The notes beneath the pieces are model-generated. The model was given only the letters and a program-made list of their open reading frames with translations, was not told the DNA's origin and did not search any database. 23,478 bases of DNA, taken from NCBI GenBank assembly GCA_004022145.1, contig RCNU01000011.1. One strand, given 5' to 3'. Each line of letters starts with the position of its first letter. Positions within the stretch are counted from its first letter, which is position 1. The position numbers were made by a program, and so were the translations under genes. The stretch comes from Paecilomyces variotii (lineage: Eukaryota). Shown piece after piece: positions 1 to 11,871 of the stretch.

Positions 1-384
1 GGTATGAAAGCAAGGACAAAAAAAACCCACGAGAAACCCATCTAAGTGTGGCAGTTAGTTAGTGGAGGGCTTAATTATATCATACTGTAGAACATTATTA
101 TTGTCGCGGCTCCACGCGCGGCAGAGAATTGACGATTCCTTCTCTTTTGTTCTTTAGCGTTGTTCAGGCACCAGAGCTGACTGTCCGATCGACGTTCCAA
201 CTTACCTCGTTCATCATCGCCCTCCCATCGCGATCGCGATCATCGCAGGGACACCTCGATCCTGTAAGATGGCTACTTGCTCGACCGACATCCTATCTGC
301 CTCCTTTGTGTGGCCAGATCCCATGATTCCTGAAGCTGAGCGCTGCGACGCCTTCTCCGTCTTAGCTATTATGATCTCTGGCGG

Positions 385-1780
385 ATGATGGCCTACCAAG
401 AAGACCGGTTTCCTTGGCGTCGAAGGCCGCTATCGACTTCAAGGGACCGCGTTTGTCCGCGCGTGATCTATCGCTGGCGCGCTCTCTTGATACTCATTAC
501 TGTGTTCTGTCTGCTTCTGTACAGAACGCCTACTCCGCCCCAGCGCAAGAACGATACCGGCGCCCACCGGCCGCCTCCACTACATGATGTCGAAATAAAG
601 CCGAGCTTCCTGTACCGGTCGCCCTTTCGGCAAAATCCAGACCTGGATTATGAATATAAGCTGTCCGAAGCGTTAAAGTCACTGGAGCAGACGGCTCTGG
701 AAGATGGCAGCGATGTTGGTGCGACCAAGAAGATTTGGCAGATCATGCTGCAGGAAGGATCGAATACTAGAGATAGAAACCCATATTCCGTACTCTTCCA
801 AGAGTATAACCCAGAATGGCCAACGACGGTATGTAGCTTCGCCACGTGAGCAAAGTGACCTTCCCTAGCCACAGCTAGATCACAAGTATTGGTAGATGAC
901 ATCTATCGAACAGGTGGTGACAAGGGACTGGGCAATCGAGTTCATTAAGGGACCGCTTTCAACGGTTCCAGATCTATTGGAACTCTACAGCTCTTATCCC
1001 CACGATGTCATGCGCGCAGACCTTCTGCGATATCTTATCCTCTGGTACCATGGTGGTTATTACGCCGACACCGATGTGTTTCCAGCTCGGACAATTTTGT
1101 CTTGTCCGTCACTGGAGCCTCTCTTTCAGCCTCTCTCGTCTTCTTACCGAAATAGGGCTTCTCTACAGCCAAATATCTCACTCGTTCTAGGGATCGAAAT
1201 CGATGAACCGTACGCTTCGCCTACGTTGATGCGCGACTGGCATTGGAGCAGAAACTACGGCCTAATTCAGTACAACATGTATGCTCCCCGGCGCTTCAGT
1301 CCGCTCTTGAGACGGGCAATCGTCCGGGTCTTGGCCCACACCAAAAGGCATAATTCTCGGAGGAAAACATTCCTGCGCCCCAGGTACGATGAAAGGACAA
1401 CGTTGGAAGTCACGGGCCCTGGCGTTTTCACGGACGCGATCCTGGACGTATTATCAGAGACCCTGCCACCTACACATCCTTTAGTTGAGACATCGGTCAG
1501 CGCAGATTCCGGCATAGGGGATCTCAGGTCTCATGCGGATACAGTGCAAAGGCGCGTGACTTGGGCGGCATTCCACAGGTTGAAACATCCACTCTGGATC
1601 GATGCGTCTGAGGCTGCACCAGGCAGGGAGATGGGCGGTCTCTTGGTCCTACCGGTAAGTGTATGGGGAAATGGTCAAAGGCATAGTGAAGCCGAGTGGT
1701 TCGATAGTCCGCACGCCTGTATTAACCACCAGTTTGGGCGCTCCTGGAAAAAAGGCTGGTGGGAGTATTTTTTTGGTTGA
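385..1780 (+). CDS. Glycosyltransferase family 32 (Och1/Hoc1-like alpha-1,6-mannosyltransferase), type II membrane protein, ~436 aa; exons 385-828, 914-1780
   Basis: Phase-0 intron 829-913 (GTATGT...CAG) joins ORFs 385..849 and 896..1780 in frame. N-terminal hydrophobic anchor ALLILITVFCLLLY. GT32 hallmarks KKIWQ, RADLLRYLILWYHGGYYADTD (DxD), LGIEID, TGPGVFTD and H-x-F-x-x-SWK. Confidence 0.88.
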
Positions 1781-1950
1781 ATCGCTACGATGTACTATTC
1801 TCACTGAATTATTATATTGAATTATGTGCGACTATGAAACTGGCCTGGAGAACCTCACTCTAGGCTGGCCAACCAGCATCACGGTAGTAGTGCGATACCT
1901 CTCTGATTATATTCACTTGCAATTACGAACCATGGCGCAAGCGGGAACAT

Positions 1951-2130
1951 CTCCAGGCGCCTTGCCAATTATATTGATTCCCCGTTTCGCATCATCTAGG
2001 CCGAGCTTCTCCGCATGGGGGAAAGACGCCGTTCGAACCCCCGCGATCCCCCGCATTCCCCGATCTGACTATGGGGATTTTGACTGATTTACATTAGCCG
2101 ACCATGGCTTCGTCCTTTTGTTCTCTCCAG
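1951..2130. promoter_or_regulatory. Cluster of CreA/Mig1-type consensus sites (SYGGRG, read as CYCCRS) upstream of the Zn2Cys6 gene
   Basis: CTCCAG 1951-1956, CTCCGC 2009-2014, CCCCGC 2039-2044, CCCCGC 2049-2054, CTCCAG 2125-2130. Short degenerate motif, function not shown. Confidence 0.3.
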
Positions 2131-2288
2131 CTTTGCGCCGTCGTTGTCCTCACTGCAGACAGCATTCTCCCTTGATCTATACAAGGGCTAATCCAATAGC
2201 TCAGTCATTACTGTGGTTTCAGATTTCCCGACGAACTCCTGCAGGATGAGGGCACAATGACCTATATCAGGCGGAACGTGCAGCGATA

Positions 2289-4676
2289 ATGTCAAGCCGA
2301 CCAGATCCTTGGTGAGCATGGATCCCTGAGCCCCATCCAGAATTACCGTCATTCTCTTCCTTGTACTACTGGTGATACCTCCGTCCCATGGTCCATTCAT
2401 AAATTGTTTGCTGACTGGTCTTTGCCGGCCATAAAGTGAAAATTGTCGAAGTAAGTTGCGCCATCGTCTGCGGACAGTGGTGGATGACGGATTCTGACCG
2501 TGTGCAACTTTGAGGAAACCATGTAAAATGTAAGCACAGATCTCCATGATAAGTTATGAAAGGTGGTCTTGGACTGATAGAAGCTTCCTTTGCGTTCGAT
2601 CTATTAGGCGATGACAGTGGAACAACATGTCAGCGCTGTCTCAAAGCAGGCCAGGAGTGCGTGCGCCATCCACGAAGAGTGAAGTTTCGACATGGCTCGA
2701 CGGCGAAATACGACTCGGAGTTCTCGCGAGATCAGATATGGATGAACCCGTCGGCTAATGGTAGAGTTCCCGTATCACCTCTACTCTCCTAAAATTGCAT
2801 TGGCTTGGTAACAGCCTTGGTCTAACGTGATTGTGTTTTCCAGGGACAACTAGCTTCGATTTCATAGATGAGACGCCGGATCTGGTGGCCTTCTATCGGC
2901 GAGACTCGCTCGTAGTATATTCCCAAGGCTCAGATTACGAAGGGAAAAGCGCATCACCATCCTCCGAGATCGAATCGTATCCGCCATCTACCAACGTACC
3001 AACAACATTCCCACTGCTGCCTACAAATGGATCAACTATCTTCTCTTCAGAATCGTCGGGCTCCCTACGAGACATCTACGGCGATGTTCTATCGCCAGAA
3101 AGCACTCAATTGGGCATCTCTCAGGCGGCCATGTGGTGCCATCCATCAAGCACAGCTAAGGTTTCCCAGCAATCACAGGCCACAGCAACGTCTCCTGGTA
3201 AGCCCTTCTCGTTTCATTAACACTGGCAGATCACTTCTAAGATTTTTGTCACTGTCAGAGAACACAGGTTCCTTCAAATCGCCACTCCCCACAAGTTCGC
3301 GCTACGACCGTTCGCATAGTTTATTTCCTCCATTATTTGTCCAAGAGGATTCGATTTGGCCGAACTTGGATGTGGAGCAAGCATGTCTATTGAGATATTT
3401 TATTGAGAACCTGGCAAGATGGGTATGGCACCTTATGCGCGAAAATCGAACTGCGTCGTCCGTTTTGCCCACGCTCGAAATCTACTGACTTGAAGATCGA
3501 CTTCTATAGTTTGATCTTTGCGATCCCGAACGGCATTTCACAAGAGCTGTGCCGCAGAAGGCTTGCACGTGTCCACCATTACTGAACGCAATTCTTTCGG
3601 CATCCGCGAGGCATCTCTGTACGCTCCCGAAACATTGCCGCGCCGCAGTTATGATCAAGTATAGCCTTCCACGTATTATGAGATTCGGTGAAGAAACCGC
3701 ACTGTATTATCATAGCAAATGCATATCGCAGATGAGGTCACTTTCCCACGACCCTGATGCCCTCATGGACGAGAACTTATTGGCCGCCGTGGTAATTCTG
3801 CGCTTCTACGAAGAAATAGACGGTATGTACTCGGATATAGCTTCCTTGTTCTCACCGGTCCTAACTTGACATCCAGCTCCGTTAGGAGGCCTGTCTGGAG
3901 AGACCGCCCTCCGCGGCCTTCAAGTGTTCATAGAAGCGCAAGCCGCATCCGCATTTACTGGAAATGGACTCCGGCAAATGGCATTCTGGGTGGGCGTTCG
4001 TCAGGAGATCCACATGGCATTTTTGCAACAGCGGTCATTCCGCCTCCCTCTCACATTCTGCGATAGCTATCGATCTTGGGAACCAGCTCCAGATCATATA
4101 TGGGCTAACCGCTTGATTATATTCTGTGCCGACGTTCTTCAGTTTTGTTTCAACGACACCTCCACAAAGGATCACGCTCGATATGAGGAACTAATTGACT
4201 TTCCACGAAAATGGCTCAAGTACCATCCGCGGTCCTTTGCACCGACATATTACCGTGAGCCTGACAGGTCTAAAAATGAAGTACTCCCTCAGCTTTGGTA
4301 TGCTGAGGATTTCCACATCGCAGGCATCCAGCATATGATTCTCGCTATGATATTGCTTACCGTGTATAAACCCAACGTCCCGCGATTGGGCCTAGGCCAG
4401 CGCGAGGCAATGATTGTCATGGATTCGAATATCAAATCAATGGTCCTGGAAATTTGTGGAATAGCCGTATCGAACAGACAATGCCCACCTTCCCTCCTAA
4501 CCGCCACGATCGCCATCACCATGTGCGGTGACCGGTTCACAGATGCCCATGAACAGCAGGCCCTGCTTGATGTGCTCATCGAAACGGATCAAGACAATGC
4601 GTGGCCCACAGCTTCCATGCAAGCAAACCTGAAAAAGGCATGGGGATGGGAACGATCATCTTCCACGACCACATAG
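2289..4676 (+). CDS. Zn(II)2Cys6 transcription factor with C-terminal fungal TF domain ('ARCA-like' family), ~611 aa; exons 2289-2311, 2437-2450, 2515-2529, 2608-2760, 2844-3197, 3259-3422, 3510-3822, 3877-4676
   Basis: Splicing gives MSSRPDP-CENCRRNHVKCDDSGTTCQRCLKAGQEC (C-x2-C-x6-C-x6-C-x2-C-x6-C). All seven introns are GT..AG with CTRAY-like branch sites, and the exons sum to 1836 nt in frame. Family motifs: KFRH, FIDET, EQACLLRYF...WFDLCDPERHF, LLAAVVILRFYEE, AFWVGVRQEI, WANRL, ICGIA, AWPT...W. Confidence 0.85.
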
Positions 4677-5027
4677 TAAAAGCGAGCTTGTCAATTTGGA
4701 ATGCGGGAAGTAGTATGAATGTGATGTTCATAGGTGCTGGAAATTCTGGATATGAAAGCTTCGGCTCTTATCGTTTGCATATATAGGTCGGCGCAGGCAG
4801 TTCTTGGCATATAGCATATTCAAGGCATGTAGGAAGTCTGATTGAACCATATGTGCATATTCCATCTGTAGGAGGTGAGGATGTGGCCCTGAGCCTTCTC
4901 CGGTATACGTTATGTTTCATCTCTTGGGACCTGCATATTCATGCGAGCATATACTCATCATATTGGAAGTTGTATTCGGTAACGTTCATTATTTCCGTCT
5001 ACTTTCGTTTCTGGGCTATCCAAGAGC

Positions 5028-6221
5028 TCAACCCCAGTAAGTCGCGTACTGGCTTGTCCCATTAACGACTGCAACAAATTGTTCCGCGATCCCTGCATGG
5101 ATGGACTGCGTGGGGTGCAACTCATCCCACCAAAAAAAGTTATTATTACTAGGCAGGTTTTCGCAGCCGTGATGATTCCCGCCGCAATGTCGAAGATACC
5201 CTGTGACATTTGCTGGCGAGTTTAGGTACTTGTCTGCGTTATGATACATATCGGTGATCTGCAAATTCCTGTCAGGTCTAGTTCGAACAGGGGAGAAAAG
5301 TAAGCTAATGCTTGTTTTCTTACCAAGGAATTGGTATCCATGATAGCAAAATGTGCTCCTGGATACCTGTTGGCAATCAGGAGTTCGTATGGCGTCTTAT
5401 ACTTATAGACATCATTTGTCATCAGCATATGTTCCTGCATACGATAGCTGACTTCAGTGATGTTTTTCGGTTTGTGAATCCAGTAATGGTCAGATCCGAC
5501 ACCACCATTTTCAGGCGTCGCGAACAGCGGAGCCAGTTGCATCGGTGAGCTGTTCATAAGGACAAAAAACCGTCCTCCATTCTGGTAGATCTTGTCGAAG
5601 ACCTGGTAGATGCATTCCACGTAATCCGGGATTGTTTTCCCGCGGATTTCCGCATCGTCCAGAAACCCGCCTACGCCTAGGTCGTTTCCCCCGAGCCAGA
5701 CCGCATAAGCGGTTTCCAATGGCGGGATATTGAGGAACTGCTCCCCATCGGAGGTGACGTGGTTACTATCTGCGACGTAGGCGGGAATAGAATATTCCAG
5801 TGTGGATGGGAAGTCGGCATTGATCGTTGAGTACCAACGAGGTGTGATCTTGTTGGAGCAGACGGCTCCGTTCACAGCATAATTATAGAGGTTTACACCG
5901 GTGTCGTTTGCCACCAGTCGTGGCCAGATGTATCCTCCCGAGGATGTATTGTTGTTCTTGGAGAGGTGGTCTATGTCAGCGTAATGACCACAATGGGGGT
6001 GCATATTGCCTCCAACATACTATAGGCTCTACCCAGCCAACCGGAGGTGCTTCCCCATTGTGATCCTCGAAGTATTTCAGTCTGCTTTCGTCGGTATAGC
6101 TATCCCCGAAAGCGACCAGACTCGTGAAACTGAAAGTTTTCCATGCAGCGGGAAAATCTGCCGCTACGAGCGCTGAGTGTAGAACCAAGGCAGGCAGGAA
6201 AAGAGATAAGGAACGTTTCAT
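5028..6221 (-). CDS. Secreted GDSL/SGNH lipase-esterase, probably carbohydrate esterase family 16 (acetyl esterase), ~354 aa; exons 6221-6021, 5956-5324, 5258-5028
   Basis: Signal-peptide-like N-terminus MKRSLSLFLPALVLHSALVAA. SGNH blocks: SLVAFGDSYTD, NYAVNGAVCS, WLGGND and WWDELHP (D-x-x-H). Introns 6020-5957 (GTATGT..AAG) and 5323-5259 (GTAAGA..CAG) are both phase 0. Confidence 0.88.
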
Positions 6222-7610
6222 TGTCGCGTAGAGGTTGAGAATGAGCGACTTGGGTTGTCAAACGAATAGTAAACAGAGTGAGATGAGCCCCAGCGCATTT
6301 GCTTCCACATTCTCTTTCAACTGAGAAGAAAAAAGCCTTCCCTCCAGAGGTCTATCCTCATTATATCTGATCCTCATCACCGCCCATCGCTTCGTTGCGC
6401 TCATGTGTCGATCTTTTGCTAGTAAGTTTCAATGGTATCACTCTTAGTTTGCATACTACCCTGAGAGTTATTGTATGTAACCAAAGGAGAAGCGGGAACT
6501 ATTAATTAGACCCTGATTTCCCACTCAGGAACATACTCAGGGTTGGATTTTAGCATGGGACGGATCGACGATCATCGTGCTATATGGGGGCCTCAAGATG
6601 AGGTTATACGCAGACCTGCCAATCAGCGGATTTATCGGCTCCCTTCTGCGGTGCAACGACGGCACAGCATGAGCACACGATGTCCGACGAGGCTGCGAGC
6701 GGCCGAACGAAGGACCCTTGGGCCGTTCGTGTTAAATCGCTGGGTAGAGAGCCGATCTCCCGTATCTGCTCTCAGGGTTTCCTCTGGATGATCGATAAAC
6801 AGTTTGCTTTTTCTGGCGAGACCAATACAAGTCAAGTACCCAGTCGATCTGACAAGTCACTCGGCCCGGGCTTTGCTCCACTTGAATAAGTATTGGTGCC
6901 CTCGACCCGAAAGATCACCGCAGGCTAAATGAGACGAAAAAGAGAACATCCGGCAAGCTAGAGATCTGGTTCTGCACTTATTAGTCGATCTCTTGTAGAA
7001 TATGCTCGATACTGTAAAAGAGGACTTCGAGCATCATCCGAGCACGGATAGTGTAGTGACTAACTATATATTTGTGAGGCTCCTCATGCCGCTCATGCAG
7101 GTCGCAGCAACATATACACTGATCAACTAAACGGATTTCGAGGATATCCTGTTCTTTCCTCCAAGTTTATGATAAAGCAGGGGAGGATAGCCATATTTGC
7201 TATTCGACTAAATCGCTTTGCGTGAGATGAAATGAACTGAAATGAAAGGAAGAAACGAGGCTGGGATAGAATCCGCTGACTCAGCATCTGTTCCGCAACG
7301 CCGCCAAACCTCAAGCCTATCATCTGGCCTCATCGAGCGATTTGAATTGCTATGGGATTAGAGCACTTCTAGGCAGATTGTTCTGCTATTTTTCTAGTTG
7401 ACTTCCTTTTTTGTATTTATTTGATTCTTCAGGAAGGCCCAAGTTGTTGCCCGTCAGCGACCATCGAGCCGGTTATCTGTTTCTCGCGTTTTCTGTCCGC
7501 CTCTGAGGAAGCTCATAAAATACCTCTATTTGTGTCTGCTTTTTCTTTTTATATTGCCATTCCCCGTGCTCAAATGATTGCATGGCCGAATTCTGCTCGT
7601 CTGGTCTAAC

Positions 7611-9160
7611 ATGCATTCGCTCTTCTCTTCCCCAGGCCTCATCTTTTCTGCCGCAGGGGCGCTACGCGTCGTCCTCCTTTTCTATGGCCTCTATCAAGAT
7701 GCCCACTCTGCCATGAAATATACAGACATTGACTACATGGTCTTTACTGATGCGGCGCGCTTCGTCTCCCGCGGTGCATCACCCTATGTCAGGGACACGT
7801 ACCGCTATACGCCTCTTCTGGCATGGATGCTTTTGCCCACCGCATGGAATGGGTGGTTTTCCTTCGGAAAGGTTCTATTCGCCATTGCGGATATGGTCGC
7901 TGGCTGGTTACTCGTTCGTGTTTTGAGAGATCAAATGGGCATCAGCGGTCCTCGAGCGCTCAAATATGCTAGCATCTGGTTGCTCAACCCGATGGTGGCG
8001 ACGATCAGCACTCGTGGTAGCTCAGAGGGATTACTGGGCGTCATGGTCGTCGCGTTGCTGTGGGCTGTCTTGCAGAGGAGAGTCACCCTAGCTGGAGTTT
8101 TGCTCGGCCTGGGAGTACATTTCAAGATCTACCCTTTTATTTACGGGCCTTCCATCCTTTGGTGGTTGGATGCCGACAAAGACCACGAAACTCGGGACAA
8201 GAAGACTTCGCAAGGAGTCATATCTTATATCTTGAGTCTCGCAACTCCTGACCGCATCACAATTACCTTTGCGGCACTATCGACCTTCTCCGCTCTCAAT
8301 CTGTCAATGTACATCCTCTACGGACTTCCCTTTATGCAACACACCTACCTCCACCATCTCACTCGCATTGATCACCGACACAACTTCTCGCCTTATAACA
8401 TCCTCCTTTATCTCTCCGCAGCTGGAAACTCCGGCGTTGGTTTCGAGTCGATCGCCTTCATTCCACAATTAACCCTCTCCGCGGTAGCTATACCGCTTGC
8501 TCTGGCCAGGCGAAGTTTACCGGGTGCAATGCTTGCGCAGACTTTTGCGTTCGTGGCGTTTAATAAAGTCTGCACCAGTCAGGTGTGTGATTTCTGACGT
8601 CTCTCCTGGAAACAATCGCTAACTACCTCTAGTACTTTTTGTGGTACTTGATCTTCCTACCACTATACCTTCCGAATTCATCATTGATCAAGAGGCCGTA
8701 CCTGGGCATTTCAGCTGGGCTCTTATGGGTTGTTGCTCAGGTCCGTATTACTCACCGGTTTTTATTTTTATTCCTACAGGTCGAACGCTGGAATATTTCC
8801 ACTGTGCGATTCTACTCATATCAAGAAAACAATCTAACTTGGACACAGGCTCTGTGGCTCTATGAAGGCTTCCAGCTCGAGTTCTTAGGCATCTCCAGTT
8901 TCGTACCTGGGCTTTGGCTGTCGTCGCTCTTCTTCTTTGCTGTGAATATCTGGATTCTGGGAATAATCATCGCAGATGTGGGTTCTCTTCCGCAGGACAC
9001 CGGCAAACGCGGCGCAGTTGCCACTACCAGGGAAGATGGGCAGAGGTCGGAAGTAACAGGCCGTGTCACTTCTGCAGAGAAATTTGATGAGAAGAAAAGA
9101 AGGAATATCGAGGCTTACATGAACGATCTGAAAGCGCTGGGTGATGGAGGAGCCGAATAG
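7611..9160 (+). CDS. GPI14: GPI mannosyltransferase I (Gpi14/PIG-M, GT50), ~463 aa; exons 7611-8582, 8633-8740, 8849-9160
   Basis: Motifs KYTDIDY (DxD), SPYVRDTYRYTPLLAW, WLLNPMVATISTRGSSE, VHFKIYPFIY, RIDHRHNFSPY and FNKVCTSQ|YFLWY. Multi-pass hydrophobic profile. Introns 8583-8632 and 8741-8848. ATG 7611 chosen as the start. Confidence 0.95.
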
Positions 9161-9810
9161 CAGTACTTGATAGATCCGAAAAAAGCACAGTACTATCGCC
9201 AGCGGTCAAGGTTGGCAAAACCCAGATCATAAAAGCAGAAATAACCGCAGCAAAAAAAAAGACAGCTCCTAGAAGTAGTAGTTCCTTACGAAGCTCACAA
9301 CTGCAGTAGCTCATTGATGTAGATTTCAATTTGATAGCTTGCTGATTAGGTCGTAGGCCTTTCTTATCTTCCTCATTTAACCATCCAATGCAAGAGAACG
9401 CCGTTCCGAGCTTTACCTGGTCCCATTCCTACTCTATCGATGCAGCGCCACGTACATCTTCTGTCTCTGCAGTGTCCTGCTTTCCGATGAAGTCCAGTTA
9501 ACCGTCCACCCAGATGGCAACGGAACACGAGGACTACAGCCAGAAATATTAAGGGCTACTCGGTAATAGCATGGGAATAATTGCAACAGAGAGAAGCCCT
9601 GCTTGCTGAACACACGCACCCCAAAAAGATGGGAATCAAAGGAAACGCCAGAAGAGGAGATGAATCTCTTTCAATGATTATATCAACAAGATCGGGTATT
9701 GTGCAAAGATCAGACATGATAAAAGAAACCCCCCTCATAGCTGTGTCACAAATAAGTCACAAGGAAACGCATCATGGATAAAGTGCTGTTGTTCCCACAA
9801 TATTACGCTA

Positions 9811-11645
9811 TCACGCCTTTGATGCATCGGCGATTATCTTATATGCGCTTGCCCTGATACTGAGAGGTCGCGTTCGGGGGTAGATCGCCCCGACGATCTG
9901 ATGGTTCGGGCCATATTGCGGATAGATCCCATCCGCAAGCTCAACAAAATGTGCCTTCGGTCGGACTTCATGCAGCGTTTCCAGTATCGTTTCGCTCCAT
10001 AATCCGGAGCACCGGTTATTTACAAGTTGGAAGTAGGGATTCAGCAGTGGACAGGCGGAGTCAAGGTCGATAAACCGGATGCGGACATATTCCAGCTGGA
10101 GTAATGTATCCAACGCACGTACCGCACCGACAATGACATTCTCAAACGACTGGATGAATTTGAGGTTCGTAATGCCCGAGGCGTCATCCAGTAAGGGGGT
10201 AGTTGGATCCGCCCGACGATCCCGGCAACAAGTCTTGACCACCAGATCAAGCGACTTGAGCTTCGACTCGGCCTGTTTGTTCGCCATCAAGCTGCGAGCA
10301 GTGCTAAAAAAGCAAGCACAAACCTTGCCCGTAAATGTAAGTGACTCCAAGTGAGGGGCGACCTGCCCAAGTAAACGACACAGGTGCTGCTCACTCGGGC
10401 TATCACCGAACCAGTTATGCTGAGAGCCTTCCTTGTTGTAGAAACCCTCCAGACTGATGTTCACATGCATCAGCGTCGATGGCATGTTCATCAGTACTTT
10501 GGCGATTGTGTCGTATCCTTCGATCTTAGGTTTTGCGTAAGCGCAATGCCATTCCCGCAATGAAGGCAACGCTTCGGCGAGGTTACACCAATGTCGGTAC
10601 TCTCGCATGATGTTCCAGGCACCACGCATAACAAACGTCTGAATATTTGGCAAGACCGCTAGGCGCTCCAATCCACTCTTGCCAGAGGGGTCGTTCCTAA
10701 AATGCCGAATCATCGGAGGCTTCTTGCAGTGACCTCCTTCAAGGGTGAGGATCCGGGCTTCTGGAAAAAAGGTGTGGACATGGTTGAAGATCTCTTCCAA
10801 GGTTGCATTGTGGCTGGCGTAGTGGTAATTGGAGCTGCTTCCACCACTCATATTTGTGTCCGAATCGTCCCAACCCGCCATCGTAGCCTGGAGAACCGCA
10901 GCCACATCGGCTAGACCAGTGTCTTCATTGTTGTATCGTCTCGAAGGAGGGAGATGCGGTGAGGCATTTTTCGCTGTCCGATTCCCCCAGACGGGCACCC
11001 AGACCTCAATGTGTCTCACGTATGAGACTAGATGAGGATGATCACGGAACCATTGCCCGCACTCCGCGAGGGCATCCGTTGTCCCCTTCACCTTGACTAT
11101 AACAGCCGTCAATAAACAGGGGAGATTCAACAGAAGCAACAGAACTTACTATGTCTATAAATACGATCCTGCACGAGAGGCCTCCATATTGGTGAGATCA
11201 GCGCAAGATTCGAGAGCGCCTTCCGTCGCGGATGGCGCAAAGCTTTACTCCAGCTCCGGGCGGAGGACTTTCCAGGGGTGGTTGTAGTCAGGGTAGATGC
11301 TCGCTCGCCAAACAGATGGTCGAGAATGGCATCATGTATCTCCACGGGCAGATTCTCAAAGCGCAGTTCGAAGCGTTGCTGAGACCGCGGCTCCTCCGCC
11401 GGGGTCCATTGAGAATCAGTCATTTCTGTGTCCGAGGCGCCATGGCATTGCACGTGTGGATTTGACAGGACGCTCAGATCAGGGCCATCGAGGATCTGTA
11501 TATCTGCGCTGGTACTACGGCTCGTCTTCTGGAACGGCAGTGGAGGGGTGGCTGGCGCGCGGGCCAACGAATTGACCGACACGGGTCGAGGTGGAGGAAG
11601 CGTGGATATCATGAGACCGGAATGCTGAGAAATGCGAGATGACAT
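9811..11645 (-). CDS. Hypothetical protein with F-box-like motif followed by a Leu-rich (LRR/RNI-like) region, ~593 aa; exons 11645-11150, 11096-9811
   Basis: Phase-1 intron 11149-11097 (GTAAGT..TAG) gives RIYRH-I-KVKGT. F-box-like segments FENLPVEIHDAILDHLF and LSNLALISPIWRPLVQDRIY. Leu-repeat-like stretches LPNIQTFVM, LPSLREW, LESLTF, LKSLDL and LEYVRI. Confidence 0.75.
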
Positions 11646-11871
11646 GAAGACGAGGAAAAAGGAAACGGATGGAGGGAAAGAAGCGTGATATTGTTGTGGT
11701 CGTCAGGGCGATCAAAGATCTGCGGAGGTAGAGAGGGTATCGATAACCGGCCGGCGGGTTCGGAGGGCAATAGCAATCGCCTGAATGGGCGACGGCCAAG
11801 ATAAACGATGGACAACGGAGACAGGACTGACAGTCGTTCGAGAGACGCAAACGAGAGGGGGCCAAGTCGTG

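Noticed and set aside
227..240. 14-bp perfect palindrome ATCGCGATCGCGAT upstream of the GT32 gene
   Set aside because: Arises from a short tandem duplication of a self-complementary word. There is no flanking element structure or second copy.
2556..2792. ORF 2556..2792 as an independent gene or as the TF start
   Set aside because: Its ATG lies inside predicted intron 3 and it encodes only half of the zinc cluster. It is explained as exon 4 of the TF.
6222..7610. Short ORFs and small CCCTGA/TCAGGG inverted words in the esterase-GPI14 intergenic region as a gene or MITE
   Set aside because: No recognisable protein motifs or consistent splice model, and the inverted words are too short with no target-site duplication.
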